DNA from: Paracoccaceae bacterium
GTDB lineage: Bacteria; Pseudomonadota; Alphaproteobacteria; Rhodobacterales; Rhodobacteraceae
Direction of reading: 5' to 3'
NCBI GenBank assembly: GCA_031369165.1
Contig: JANMOK010000144.1
Location: 1-40,098 of the forward strand
Length of the DNA stretch: 40,098 bases
The notes beneath the pieces were generated by a model. It made no database searches. It was given only the letters and a program-made list of their open reading frames with translations, and was not told where the DNA came from. Each line of letters opens with the position of its first letter. The first letter of the stretch is position 1. The position numbers and the translations under genes were made by a program. This document shows positions 26,993-35,707 of the stretch, one piece after another.

Positions 26993-29639
26993 CTTTGAAC
27001 CCTCCGTTAATCAAATAGGCAGCGTCGGCCAGCGGCAACAGCGGCAAGTTTGCCGAGGGGGTCGCCAAATACCGCGGGCGCCACTCGGGATCAAACTTGT
27101 TTTTGAAACCACGCAGCCCGGCGAAATTGTAGAAGTTGCTGCCGCTGCGAAAGACAATCGCACCGAATTTGGACCAGAGCGGTGCGCCGCGCCGGGTTTC
27201 CATGCCGGATAGCGGTGCCATGCCGAGGCTGAATTCGGCGAAACCGGCCGATTTGAGGGTGAGGATCAGTTCGGTAAACAGAAACTCCATCGTTCCAGAT
27301 GGTGCGGCCGTGTCGTGGCGCATCAAGTCGATCGAGGCGATGGCTTTGGTATTGGTGGTCAGAACGTTGGCGAAGGCGACCAATTGGCCGTGCACATAAA
27401 CCAAGGCGAGCGGGAAACGGTTGAGGTAGTCGGCATCGAAACGGCCAACTGAAAAGCTTTTTTCGCGCTTGGCCTTGTCGGCAATCCACGCGCCGGAGAC
27501 GATTTTGATCGCGGCAAAGGTCGCGGCGGAATGCGGGGCGTCGAGGTATTGAAAGCTGAGGCCATCGCGCAGGGCCCGCGCGTGGGTTGTGCGCAGTTTT
27601 TTGGCATCAGGGCTATCAAGGGTGAATTTGGCGAGGGGAACGACGGCCTCCTCGCCCATTTTATGCAAGGCAAGGCCCATATCCAGCCATAGCGGCAAGT
27701 TGGCTTCGCTGACTTCGTAAAACACCGGGCGGCCACTGGCGGCGCGGGCGGCGTCGGCAAAGGTCCAGGCAACATCGGCGCAATCTTGTTCCGGTCCGAC
27801 CGGGTCGCCCAAGGCAATCCAGCTTTGGCCGCGTTGGCCATACATCAGGAAAGCTTGGCCGTTGTCAGAAAACAATAGCGACTTGTCACCCGCCAGAGCG
27901 AGATTGGCATTGGAATCGCCGTGCCGGGCGATGATCTGGGCAGCGCGGTCAAGTGCAGCAGCGTCGGGCTTTAGCGGGGTGATCCGGGGCACGCGCAGGG
28001 CGTGGATCAACAAGACCAGACCGATCAGCAGCGAGCCAATCAGTCCGGCACGCATGCTGCGCGGGGCGCTTTTGTTCAGCGCGAATTGCCACCAAAGTTC
28101 GGACGAATAGGGCACGCTTTTGTGGGCGAAAAAGAACACGAAGGCGCAGGCGACCAAGACGGCGAGAATCAAGGCGAACCAGCCGTAAGACAACCGGTCG
28201 CGGGTGAGGCGGGCGTTGCGGTAGAACTCGCGGCGGCAGGGATAGAGGATCAGCGCGGCCGCGGCCAAGGCGAGGGCACGATTGATGTCGAATTCATGTA
28301 CCAGGGCGGTAACGGCGCCGGCCAGCAAGGCGAACAGCGCCAGCCAATAGGCCCCCTCGATGCGTCGCAACAGGCCGTGGGCGATGACCAGCAGCGCCGT
28401 GCCGATGGCGCTGGACAGCAAGGCTGCCCCTTCGATGAACGCCAGCGGCAGGATGTCGGAGAATATTTCGACGCTGTCTGCGGTCCTGGGAATGAGCGCT
28501 GACAGAAGCATCAACAGACCCGAGCCAAAAGTCATGGCCGCCATTGCGAGCGGCACAGTGGCACTGCCGATCTGCAATATCGGCGTCACTACGGCAGCGC
28601 CGGGCAGTCTGGCCGCCAGGCCGGATATCCTTGGCTGGAACAGGCGCCATTCATTCAGCGCAAGGATCACTAACGACAGGCCAAAGGGCGCGATGAAATA
28701 GATCAGCCGGAACATGATCAGCGACGCCGCCGCCGCGTGGGTGGGGATTGTGGCGGGCAGGGCCAGAAGCACCAGTGTTTCAAATACGCCGACACCACCG
28801 GGGATATGGGTGATGGTGGCCAACAGAATTGCCGCCGCGAATATCGCCAACAGTCCGAAAAAGCTAAGGTCGCTGCTGGGCAAAAGCAGGTAAAGTGTTG
28901 CCGCAGCCAACAGAATTTCGGCCGCTGCCAGCGCAAGTTGCAGCAACAGGACGCGCAGGTTGGGCGGCTCGATGGTGACCGAGGCGATTTTCAGGCTGGA
29001 ACGGCGGCGCAGTGTTACCAGCGCGGCCATGGCGATCAGCGCCAGGCAGGCCAAGACGATGATATCGACGGTCACCGCGCGCAGCGGCAGCGCCTCGGTC
29101 AGAACGTCGGGCGCCGACAGCAGCGCGAGCAGGCCGATTACCAGAAAGCCAACGCCCGAGGCGAACGAGCCGATGGCGGTGATGGCTGCGACCTCGTAAC
29201 CATCCAGTCCCAGCGCCGCATAGATGCGATAGCGCACCGCGCCGCCGGTAACGGCGCTCAGGCCAATTGTGTTGCCGATGCCGTGGCTGAGAAAGCCCCC
29301 CAGAAACAGGGCTGTGAACGGAATTTTCCGGCCAATGATGCGGGTTGCTGGCCAATCATACAGCGCTTGGGCAGTGTAACTGGCAAACGTGGTGCACAGG
29401 GCAAGTACCGCAATCGACCACGGTGTCGCGCGCACCTGTGCCGCGACGGCGCGGATGTCGGTTTGGGCAAGGATCCGCATCAAGGCGAACAGACCGATGG
29501 CGAACAGCAACGCTGTCAACAGCAATGGCAAAGTGGCCATTGACCGCGCCCATCGAGTTGGCGGTATCCGGAAATTGATTGTGTCAGGCATCGGTGCATT
29601 CATTCTGCTGGCGCTGTAGCACGGCGCAAACGATTTCAT
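26976..29639 (-). CDS. mprF: Bifunctional aminoacyl-phosphatidylglycerol synthase/flippase, MprF/LpiA family
   Basis: Long polytopic N-terminal region with about 14 hydrophobic segments. Cytoplasmic C-terminal domain with MprF synthase-like blocks ([20 protein letters not shown]...[39 protein letters not shown]). The exact start is uncertain: ATG at 29639, 29603 or 29591. Confidence 0.88.
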   Translation of the reverse strand: MKSFAPCYSASRMNAPMPDTINFRIPPTRWARSMATLPLLLTALLFAIGLFALMRILAQTDIRAVAAQVRATPWSIAVLALCTTFASYTAQALYDWPATRIIGRKIPFTALFLGGFLSHGIGNTIGLSAVTGGAVRYRIYAALGLDGYEVAAITAIGSFASGVGFLVIGLLALLSAPDVLTEALPLRAVTVDIIVLACLALIAMAALVTLRRRSSLKIASVTIEPPNLRVLLLQLALAAAEILLAAATLYLLLPSSDLSFFGLLAIFAAAILLATITHIPGGVGVFETLVLLALPATIPTHAAAASLIMFRLIYFIAPFGLSLVILALNEWRLFQPRISGLAARLPGAAVVTPILQIGSATVPLAMAAMTFGSGLLMLLSALIPRTADSVEIFSDILPLAFIEGAALLSSAIGTALLVIAHGLLRRIEGAYWLALFALLAGAVTALVHEFDINRALALAAAALILYPCRREFYRNARLTRDRLSYGWFALILAVLVACAFVFFFAHKSVPYSSELWWQFALNKSAPRSMRAGLIGSLLIGLVLLIHALRVPRITPLKPDAAALDRAAQIIARHGDSNANLALAGDKSLLFSDNGQAFLMYGQRGQSWIALGDPVGPEQDCADVAWTFADAARAASGRPVFYEVSEANLPLWLDMGLALHKMGEEAVVPLAKFTLDSPDAKKLRTTHARALRDGLSFQYLDAPHSAATFAAIKIVSGAWIADKAKREKSFSVGRFDADYLNRFPLALVYVHGQLVAFANVLTTNTKAIASIDLMRHDTAAPSGTMEFLFTELILTLKSAGFAEFSLGMAPLSGMETRRGAPLWSKFGAIVFRSGSNFYNFAGLRGFKNKFDPEWRPRYLATPSANLPLLPLADAAYLINGGFKGVIGR

Positions 29640-29654
29640 AAGGGCTGGAATGAC

Positions 29655-30086
29655 TCAGCTTGTTGGTGCCGAGGAACACGCCAGCCTGACATCGGTGATG
29701 GCGGTGATGTCCTGGACCGCGCCGAAACTGACCCCGGAATCGGCGTGCTGCACATACAAGTGCTCGCCATCCCGCAGGTGCCAGAAACAGGCTGTCGGGC
29801 CGTTGTGAAAGCAGAAGGTCGAGGTTTCGCGACGAAATTCCCATCGTGCTTCGAAACATTCTTTGCCGACAACTTCCATAGTAACCACGTCTTGGCCCGG
29901 CCAATAGTATTCGCGCACGAACAATTCGCCGTTAATGGAATACTCAACGGTTTTGCCACTGACCAAGCCGCGCCATTCTTTGTCGTCAAACAAACCGAAA
30001 TCTTCGCCAGCATGCAGGGTGGTTGGCAGCAGCAAGTTCGCCAACAGACAACGCATTGCAGTTTGTTTCCAGGCCATGGCAGCCAA
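29655..30086 (-). CDS. Small secreted Cys-containing protein (paralogue of 24417-24812)
   Basis: Hydrophobic N-terminus (MRCLLANLLLPTTLHA if started at ATG 30056). GKTVEY...ECFEARW...FCF...ACFW...LAC parallels the Cys/Trp pattern of the other copy. It ends 15 nt before the mprF start. Confidence 0.6.
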   Translation of the reverse strand: MAAMAWKQTAMRCLLANLLLPTTLHAGEDFGLFDDKEWRGLVSGKTVEYSINGELFVREYYWPGQDVVTMEVVGKECFEARWEFRRETSTFCFHNGPTACFWHLRDGEHLYVQHADSGVSFGAVQDITAITDVRLACSSAPTS

Positions 30087-30134
30087 ACTAATATTTGCAT
30101 CGGCCCAACGCGATACAATTGTTTGCGACGCTGG

Positions 30135-30986
30135 CTAGGCGCGGTGATAAAACGAGTTTTGGCGGCTACGACCGCGCAACTGATAGCCGAGGCGGGCGAA
30201 AGCGGCGGCGCAGGCGGGGTAATCGCCGTCCTGAAAACGCTCGATCACGATTCTTTTGGGCAACAGGTTTTCGGGTGCGGCGTCCAGAAAAGGCGGAAGC
30301 GCTTTATCCTCGTACCCTTCGATGTCGATTTTAAGGGCATCAAGGCGGGTGATTCCGGCTTCCTGCAAAATGGCCAGCAACGGGCGCAGGCGGATAGTGC
30401 CGTCCGTCGCGGCGCTGACGCTGACAATGGCCACATCGTCTTTGCGGATGTTGAGGTTGACCAAGCCCTCGGTATCGCCAACGGCGCAGTTGACGATTGT
30501 CAAGTTGGCCAGGCGGCTGGCGTCGGCGTGCCAGCGCAGCTGCGTTGCCATAGCGGGGTTGGCGTCGATCGAAATGACTCGGCCCGTCGGTCCGGCAGCG
30601 GCGGCGAGGGGCAGGGAATAAAGGCCAATGTTGCAGCCGAGATCGACAAAAGTGCCGCCATTGGCGACGGTTTCCAGCAGAAAGTCGATGTCGGGCTTGT
30701 TGTAAGTCGGGTGCAGCATAAGCCCATATTCGATCAGGTTATTTTCGGCTTTGATGCGGAAATTGCCGCCGCGAAAGGTGATGTCGAGGGGGTTGCCACC
30801 GCCAAGGGCGACGATCAGGCGCGAGATTCGATGGCGAAATACGCCGCGGTGCAGGATGGTGCGGCGGGCAAGCGCGATAAGGGCGCGTTGCGCGATGTTC
30901 GGCGCGAAAGTGCCAAACGGCGGCGCGTCGTTTTGGGTCAGGATGGCTGTCTCATCGGCGGTCAGCGAGCGGGTTTTCAGGGCCAT
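30135..30986 (-). CDS. FkbM-family SAM-dependent methyltransferase
   Basis: FVDLGCNIGLYSL (SAM-binding G-x-G-like block) and LKIDIEGYEDKAL are typical of the FkbM/Methyltransf_21 family. 283 aa. Confidence 0.85.
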   Translation of the reverse strand: MALKTRSLTADETAILTQNDAPPFGTFAPNIAQRALIALARRTILHRGVFRHRISRLIVALGGGNPLDITFRGGNFRIKAENNLIEYGLMLHPTYNKPDIDFLLETVANGGTFVDLGCNIGLYSLPLAAAAGPTGRVISIDANPAMATQLRWHADASRLANLTIVNCAVGDTEGLVNLNIRKDDVAIVSVSAATDGTIRLRPLLAILQEAGITRLDALKIDIEGYEDKALPPFLDAAPENLLPKRIVIERFQDGDYPACAAAFARLGYQLRGRSRQNSFYHRA

Positions 30987-31113
30987 TGGGCTTTCCGGTT
31001 GGGTGGGGCAAGGCTAGCCAGATTTTGCCGCAAGGACAACCTGCGACGATAGCGCGGGCTTCCATCTGGCGACGCGGGGCATTAGGTGGGGGGCGTTCAA
31101 TTGTGGAATACTC

Positions 31114-32133
31114 ATGTCGTTTTTCTCAAAGCTCAAAGACCGGATGTTCAAGTCGTCCTCGAAACTGGACGCAGGGCTGGAAGCAATCGTTGGCGAGGCG
31201 GTACCGCAGGAAGCGGTGAGCGAGGCGCTGGTTGCTGATGTCGAGCCGGATGTTAGACCCGGACTGTTGCGCCGGATATTGGGGCGTGATGACGCTGCGG
31301 TTGTTCGCCGCGTGCTGGACGACGCGATGCTGGAAAGCTTGGAAGAGCTGCTGATTGCTGCCGATATGGGCGTGGACACGGCGCTGAAAGTGACCGCGCG
31401 GATGGCCGAGGGGCGATTTGGCAAGAAGCTGGCGGTCAGCGAGATCAAGGAAGCTTTGGCCGCCGAAATTGCAGCGATACTGGCCCCGGTGGCGGTTGCC
31501 ATGCCGATTTATGCCAAGCGCCCGCAGGTGGTGTTGGTGGCGGGGGTCAACGGCTCGGGCAAGACGACGACGATTGGCAAATTGGCCAGCCAGTTTCGCG
31601 CTTCGGGCAAAACCGTAGTGATTGCGGCGTGTGATACGTTTCGCGCGGCTGCGGTGGAGCAGTTGAAGATTTGGGGCGAGCGGGCGGGGGTGCCGGTTTT
31701 GACCGCACCCGATGGGTCGGACCCGGCGTCGCTGGCCTATGAAGCGATGGTGAAGGCCGAGGCGGATGGGGCGGATTTGCTGATGATCGACACCGCCGGG
31801 CGGTTGCAGAACCGCACCGATCTGATGGAGGAACTGGCCAAGATCGTGCGGGTGATCCGCAAGCGCGATGAAACCGCGCCGCACAATACGTTGCTGGTTT
31901 TGGATGCGACGACGGGGCAGAATGCTTTGTCGCAGGTCGAGATTTTCTCGCGTATCGCCGATGTGACCGGGTTGGTGATGACCAAACTGGACGGCACCGC
32001 CAAGGGCGGCGTGCTGGTCGCCTTGGCCGATAAATTCGGCCTGCCGATCCATGCGATTGGGGTAGGCGAGGCGATTGACGATTTGCAGGCGTTTGACCCG
32101 GATGAGTTTGCGCGGGCGCTGACGGGGGCTTGA
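31114..32133 (+). CDS. ftsY: Signal recognition particle receptor FtsY
   Basis: Short acidic N-region, then NG domain: VLVAGVNGSGKTTTIGKLA, DTAGRLQN, TKLDGTAKGG. Confidence 0.95.
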   Translation: MSFFSKLKDRMFKSSSKLDAGLEAIVGEAVPQEAVSEALVADVEPDVRPGLLRRILGRDDAAVVRRVLDDAMLESLEELLIAADMGVDTALKVTARMAEGRFGKKLAVSEIKEALAAEIAAILAPVAVAMPIYAKRPQVVLVAGVNGSGKTTTIGKLASQFRASGKTVVIAACDTFRAAAVEQLKIWGERAGVPVLTAPDGSDPASLAYEAMVKAEADGADLLMIDTAGRLQNRTDLMEELAKIVRVIRKRDETAPHNTLLVLDATTGQNALSQVEIFSRIADVTGLVMTKLDGTAKGGVLVALADKFGLPIHAIGVGEAIDDLQAFDPDEFARALTGA

Positions 32134-32188
32134 TTCGTGCCTTCGCGGGAATGACAGGGCTGCACTGGCATGAAAAAAGGGGTTTCAA

Positions 32189-32794
32189 ATGGCTGAGAAG
32201 AAAATAAATCCAATGCTCAAGCTGGTGCTGGAAATCGGCCCGATCATGGTATTTTTCCTGGCGTTTCGCTGGGCCAATGTACCTGAGGGCGCGGACGATG
32301 CTGCCAAGCAATTGGCACAGGTGATTTTTGCCACCAAGGTTTTTGTGCCGGTGACTTTGGCGGCTCTGGTTGTTTCGTGGTTTTTGACCGGGCATCTGCC
32401 GAAAATGGCGCTGATAACCGCCTGTGTCGTGCTGGTGTTTGGCGGGCTGACGATCTGGCTGAAGGATGCCACGTTTATCAAAATGAAGCCGACGATCATC
32501 TACCTGTGTTTCGCGGCGATACTTGGGTTCGGGTTGTTGCGCGGGCAATCATACCTGAAATATCTGATGGGCGAGATGATGCCGCTGAAAGAAGAGGGCT
32601 GGATGAAATTCACCGCGCGTTTCGCGCTGTTTTTTCTGGTGCTGGCGCTGGTCAACGAGGGGGTCTGGCGGTCGTTTGATACCGCGACCTGGGTTAGTTT
32701 CAAGACGTTTTTCTTGCCGATAGCCTCGTTTGTTTTCATCTTCAGCCAGTTGGGGCTGTTCAAGAAATATGCGGTGGAGGAGGGGGCGGAGTGA
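32189..32794 (+). CDS. yciB: Inner-membrane septation-associated protein YciB/IspZ
   Basis: MAEKKINPMLKLVLEIGPIMVFFLAF..., five hydrophobic helices, about 200 aa, typical of the YciB family. Confidence 0.9.
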   Translation: MAEKKINPMLKLVLEIGPIMVFFLAFRWANVPEGADDAAKQLAQVIFATKVFVPVTLAALVVSWFLTGHLPKMALITACVVLVFGGLTIWLKDATFIKMKPTIIYLCFAAILGFGLLRGQSYLKYLMGEMMPLKEEGWMKFTARFALFFLVLALVNEGVWRSFDTATWVSFKTFFLPIASFVFIFSQLGLFKKYAVEEGAE

Positions 32795-32810
32795 GGGGAT
32801 GTGCGCTTTG

Positions 32811-32827
32811 GTGCGCAGAATGCGCAC
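32811..32827. terminator. Hairpin in the 34-nt spacer between convergent yciB and ccmG
   Basis: GTGCGCA-GAA-TGCGCAC, a perfect 7-bp stem. It is the only obvious structure between the two stop codons. Confidence 0.45.
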
Positions 32828-32828
32828 C

Positions 32829-33374
32829 TTACGGGGTGCCTTCCAACAACGGCTTTATCCGCTCCTCATAGACCCGTTCGGTCACCGGGCCGGGGTAGCG
32901 CAACAGGATTTTGCCGTTGCCGTCGATGACAAATGTTTCCGGCACGCCGTAGAGGCCCCAGTCCAAGGCGGTGCGGTTGGCGTCGGCACCGATTTTGGTG
33001 AAAGGGTTGCCGAGCTGGTCCAGAAAGCGCCGGGCGTTTTGCGGCAGGTCCTTGTAATTAATGCCATAAACTGGCGTGCCTGACGCCGAGATCTTGCTGA
33101 TTGTCGGATGTTCCGCGCGGCAGGGGCCGCACCAGGACGCCCAGAAGTTGACCAGTTTGATGCCGGGGGCGAGCAAATCCTCGGCAGTTGGGATTGGGTC
33201 GCCTGCGACAAGTGGCGTCAGCGTCAATGCCGGGGCGAGCTGGCCGATCAGGGCCGAAGGCAGTTCGTCGCGGTTGGGGGCATGCATCGCCGTCCACGCG
33301 AGAAAGCCAAAACCCGCGAAAACCACCAATGGCAGCAGCAAGAGCGGGTTGAAGCTGCGTTTGGGTTCATCCAT
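32829..33374 (-). CDS. ccmG: Thiol:disulfide oxidoreductase for cytochrome c maturation (CcmG/DsbE/HelX)
   Basis: From ATG 33374: N-terminal membrane anchor, then NFWASWCGPCRAEHP (WCxxC) and the GVYGVPETFVID block. Confidence 0.9.
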   Translation of the reverse strand: MDEPKRSFNPLLLLPLVVFAGFGFLAWTAMHAPNRDELPSALIGQLAPALTLTPLVAGDPIPTAEDLLAPGIKLVNFWASWCGPCRAEHPTISKISASGTPVYGINYKDLPQNARRFLDQLGNPFTKIGADANRTALDWGLYGVPETFVIDGNGKILLRYPGPVTERVYEERIKPLLEGTP

Positions 33375-33531
33375 CGGATTTGCTCGCGCGGAGTTTTTCG
33401 AGGCGTTCAAGATCGCGGCCAAGCCGGTAGGATCGCAGCACCGAGAGGGCGACGATGCCCGCCAGCAGGATCGCCGTTGCGCCATAGGCGGCGATTACAT
33501 GGGTCGTGTAAATTCCTAAATCGGGCATCAT
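33367..33531 (-). CDS. ccmD: Heme exporter protein D (CcmD/HelD), 54 aa; too short for the supplied ORF track
   Basis: Manual translation of the minus strand: MMPDLGIYTTHVIAAYGATAILLAGIVALSVLRSYRLGRDLERLEKLRASKSDG. One TM helix and a basic tail. The ATG overlaps the ccmC stop (ATGA) and the stop overlaps the ccmG start (ATGGATGA). Position and size fit CcmD. Confidence 0.75.
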   Translation of the reverse strand: MMPDLGIYTTHVIAAYGATAILLAGIVALSVLRSYRLGRDLERLEKLRASKSDG

Positions 33532-34253
33532 GCGTTGGTCGCCATCTGCAGGGAGCGGATGCGGCGGGCGCGAATTTCGCTGCGCGTGCGAAACAGCACC
33601 AGCGTGACAAATAGCAGGACAAAGCCGGCGATGGACAGCAGCAGCGGTTGATAGAACACGTTGGCAACATGTTGGTCCTTGTCCAGCGACAGCGATGCAC
33701 CCTGGTGCAGGCCTTGGCTCCAGAACAGGACGGCATACCGCGACAGAAGGGCAAAGACCGAACCGATCAGGCAGAGGATAGCGGTCAGATCGGCGGCTTT
33801 GTCGGGGTCGTCAATGGCCTGCCAAAGCGCGATATAGCCGAGGTAGAACAGGAACAGGATCAGGAAAGACGTCAGGCGCGGGTCCCATTCCCACCAGCTG
33901 CCCCACATCGGTTCGCCCCAGATTGCGCCGGTGATCAGGGCGATCAGGGTGAAAGTCGCCCCGATGGGCGCGGCGGCTTTGGCGGCGAGGGCCGAAACGT
34001 GGTGGCGGCGGATCAGCCAGATCAGCGAGGCGACAAACATCATAGCCCAAGCGTTGATCGCCATCATGGCGGCGGGGACGTGGACATAGAGGATTTTGGC
34101 GGTGGAGCCCATGCGGTAATCGTCGGGCGTATCAAAAAAGCCGGTGGCCAGGCCGCCGAGCAGGCAAAACGCGGTCACGCCGGTCAGGAACGGCAGGATG
34201 CGGCCCGAAAGGAGCATGAACTTGACCGGATTGGCGTATTCCCACAGCGACAT
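33528..34253 (-). CDS. ccmC: Heme exporter protein C
   Basis: MSLWEYANPVKF... with the W-rich motif WGEPMWGSWWEWDPRLTS (WGxxWxWDxRL) diagnostic of CcmC. Confidence 0.95.
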   Translation of the reverse strand: MSLWEYANPVKFMLLSGRILPFLTGVTAFCLLGGLATGFFDTPDDYRMGSTAKILYVHVPAAMMAINAWAMMFVASLIWLIRRHHVSALAAKAAAPIGATFTLIALITGAIWGEPMWGSWWEWDPRLTSFLILFLFYLGYIALWQAIDDPDKAADLTAILCLIGSVFALLSRYAVLFWSQGLHQGASLSLDKDQHVANVFYQPLLLSIAGFVLLFVTLVLFRTRSEIRARRIRSLQMATNA

Positions 34254-34306
34254 GTCGTTTTGTTACCTTTGGCGGGGTGCTGCCGCAATGGGGCGGGTTG
34301 TCACGA

Positions 34307-34963
34307 TCAGTTCAAATGGATGCGAAGGGTGGCGGCAGCAGTAAAAGGCGCGAGCGCGAGGATGAACAGTGATGTTGCGCTGAGAAAGAGCAGCGCGGCG
34401 GTCGCCGACTGGCCTTCGGCAGCAAGGGTGACGGCGCGGGCGCTGAAGATGAGGGTGGGGACGTAGGGCGGCAAGACCAGAAGTGAGAGCAGCAGGCCGC
34501 CGCGTTTGATGCCGATGGTCAGCGCAGCGCCGATGGTGCCCAGAAAGCTGAGGGCGGGGGTGCCGATGAGCAGGCTGAGGATGAGGGTTGTGTAGGCTTG
34601 TGCCGGCAGGTGCAGGGTGAGGGCAAGGATTGGGGCGGCGATCACCAGCGGCAGACCGGTGGTCAGCCAATGGGCGAGGGCTTTGGTGGCAGCAATGGCT
34701 TCCAGCGGCAGCGGCGACAGGGCGAGAAGGTCGAGGGTGCCGTCCTCAAAATCCGGCTGGAACAGGCGATCGAGGGAGAGCAGGCAGGCGAGCAGCGCGC
34801 CGATCCACAGGGTGCCAGGGGCGATTTTGGCGAGGATCGCGGTATCGGGGCCGACGCCAAGGGGGACGAGGATGGTGACGATGAGGAAAAACGCGAGGCC
34901 AAGGCCTGCTCCTCCGCCGTTACGAAGGGCAAGTGTGAGTTCGCGCTTGAGCAGGGCGATCAT
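34307..34963 (-). CDS. ccmB: Heme exporter protein B
   Basis: MIALLKRELTLALRNGGGA..., six hydrophobic helices, 218 aa. ATGA overlap with the ccmA stop. Confidence 0.93.
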   Translation of the reverse strand: MIALLKRELTLALRNGGGAGLGLAFFLIVTILVPLGVGPDTAILAKIAPGTLWIGALLACLLSLDRLFQPDFEDGTLDLLALSPLPLEAIAATKALAHWLTTGLPLVIAAPILALTLHLPAQAYTTLILSLLIGTPALSFLGTIGAALTIGIKRGGLLLSLLVLPPYVPTLIFSARAVTLAAEGQSATAALLFLSATSLFILALAPFTAAATLRIHLN

Positions 34964-35562
34964 GCGACGGCCGCGAGCTGAAGGGTTGTATGGGGCAGGT
35001 TCACGGGCTGATGGGTAGCGATGACAGCGATGCCGCCGGTGGCGAGGTGTGATTTGAGTAATTTCTCAAAAGAGAACTGAGAGTCTTGGTCCAACGAGGA
35101 CAGCGGCTCATCGAGCAGCCAGAGCGAGCGGTTTGTCAGCGTCAGGCGGGCGAGGGCGAGCCGCTTCTTCTGGCCCGCCGAAGCGATAAGGGCGGGCTGG
35201 TCGGCAAGATGGGTGAGGTTGAGGGCGGAGAGGGCTTGTGGAATGTTGCCTTCGCCGTTGAGTTGCGCCCAAAAGCGCAGATTCTGCGCGAAGGTCAGTT
35301 GTGGTTTTACGGCGTCAAGGTGACCCAAATAGGCCACTTGGGCGGACCAATCGTCGGCGTTGGTTAGCGATGCGGCGCCAAGCGTAACAGTGCCGCTGGT
35401 GGCCACAGTTAGGCCCGCGAGAACGCGCAACAAGGTGGATTTGCCCACGCCATTGGGGCCCTGGACCTGCAATGCCTGGCCGGGCTCGACGCTGAACGTC
35501 AGGCCGGACAAGACCTGCCGGTCAGAGCGGCGGCAGGAGAGGTTGGTTACATGCAGCGTCAT
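34960..35562 (-). CDS. ccmA: Heme ABC exporter ATP-binding protein
   Basis: From ATG 35562: MTLHVTNLSCRRSDRQVLSGLTFSV..., Walker A GPNGVGKST, ABC signature SAGQKKRLALARL, Walker B LWLLDEP. The track's extension to 35640 merely translates the 12-mer repeats (ADLLADLLAD). Confidence 0.9.
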   Translation of the reverse strand: MTLHVTNLSCRRSDRQVLSGLTFSVEPGQALQVQGPNGVGKSTLLRVLAGLTVATSGTVTLGAASLTNADDWSAQVAYLGHLDAVKPQLTFAQNLRFWAQLNGEGNIPQALSALNLTHLADQPALIASAGQKKRLALARLTLTNRSLWLLDEPLSSLDQDSQFSFEKLLKSHLATGGIAVIATHQPVNLPHTTLQLAAVA

Positions 35563-35606
35563 GGGCAGGAAGTAGCGGATTGGCAGGATTTGGGAAAGGG
35601 GCGGAT

Positions 35607-35642
35607 GATCGGCCAAAAGATCGGCCAAAAGATCGGCCAAAT
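35607..35642. repeat. Three tandem copies of the 12-mer GATCGGCCAAAA (third copy ends ...AAAT)
   Basis: Read directly: copies at 35607-35618, 35619-35630 and 35631-35642. They lie 45-80 nt upstream of the ccmA start, in the divergent ccmA/fic intergenic region. Confidence 0.85.
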
Positions 35643-35695
35643 GTATTCCATTTCATTGAAAAGCAGTGTAAGAACAATGGATTGAACTTTTTACA

Positions 35696-35707
35696 GATCG
35701 GCCAAAA
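35696..35707. repeat. Fourth, isolated copy of GATCGGCCAAAA overlapping the first base of the fic start codon
   Basis: GATCGGCCAAAATG: the final A of the 12-mer is the A of ATG 35707. It is separated from the tandem triplet by a 53-nt A/T-rich spacer. Confidence 0.8.

Noticed and set aside
29745-31052. 435-aa plus-strand ORF opposite the small secreted protein and FkbM genes
   Set aside because: It is antisense to a recognisable FkbM methyltransferase (KIDIEGYE motif on the minus strand), with no motifs of its own.
31126-32548. Minus-strand ORFs 31126-32052 and 31547-32548 over ftsY and yciB
   Set aside because: They are antisense to unmistakable ftsY (GSGKTT, DTAGR, TKLDG) and yciB, with Arg/Pro/His/Gln-rich composition.
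35563-35640. 26-codon N-terminal extension of ccmA (MADLLADLLADHPP...)
   Set aside because: It is just the translation of the GATCGGCCAAAA tandem repeats. CcmA homologues begin near MTLHV..., where ATG 35562 lies.
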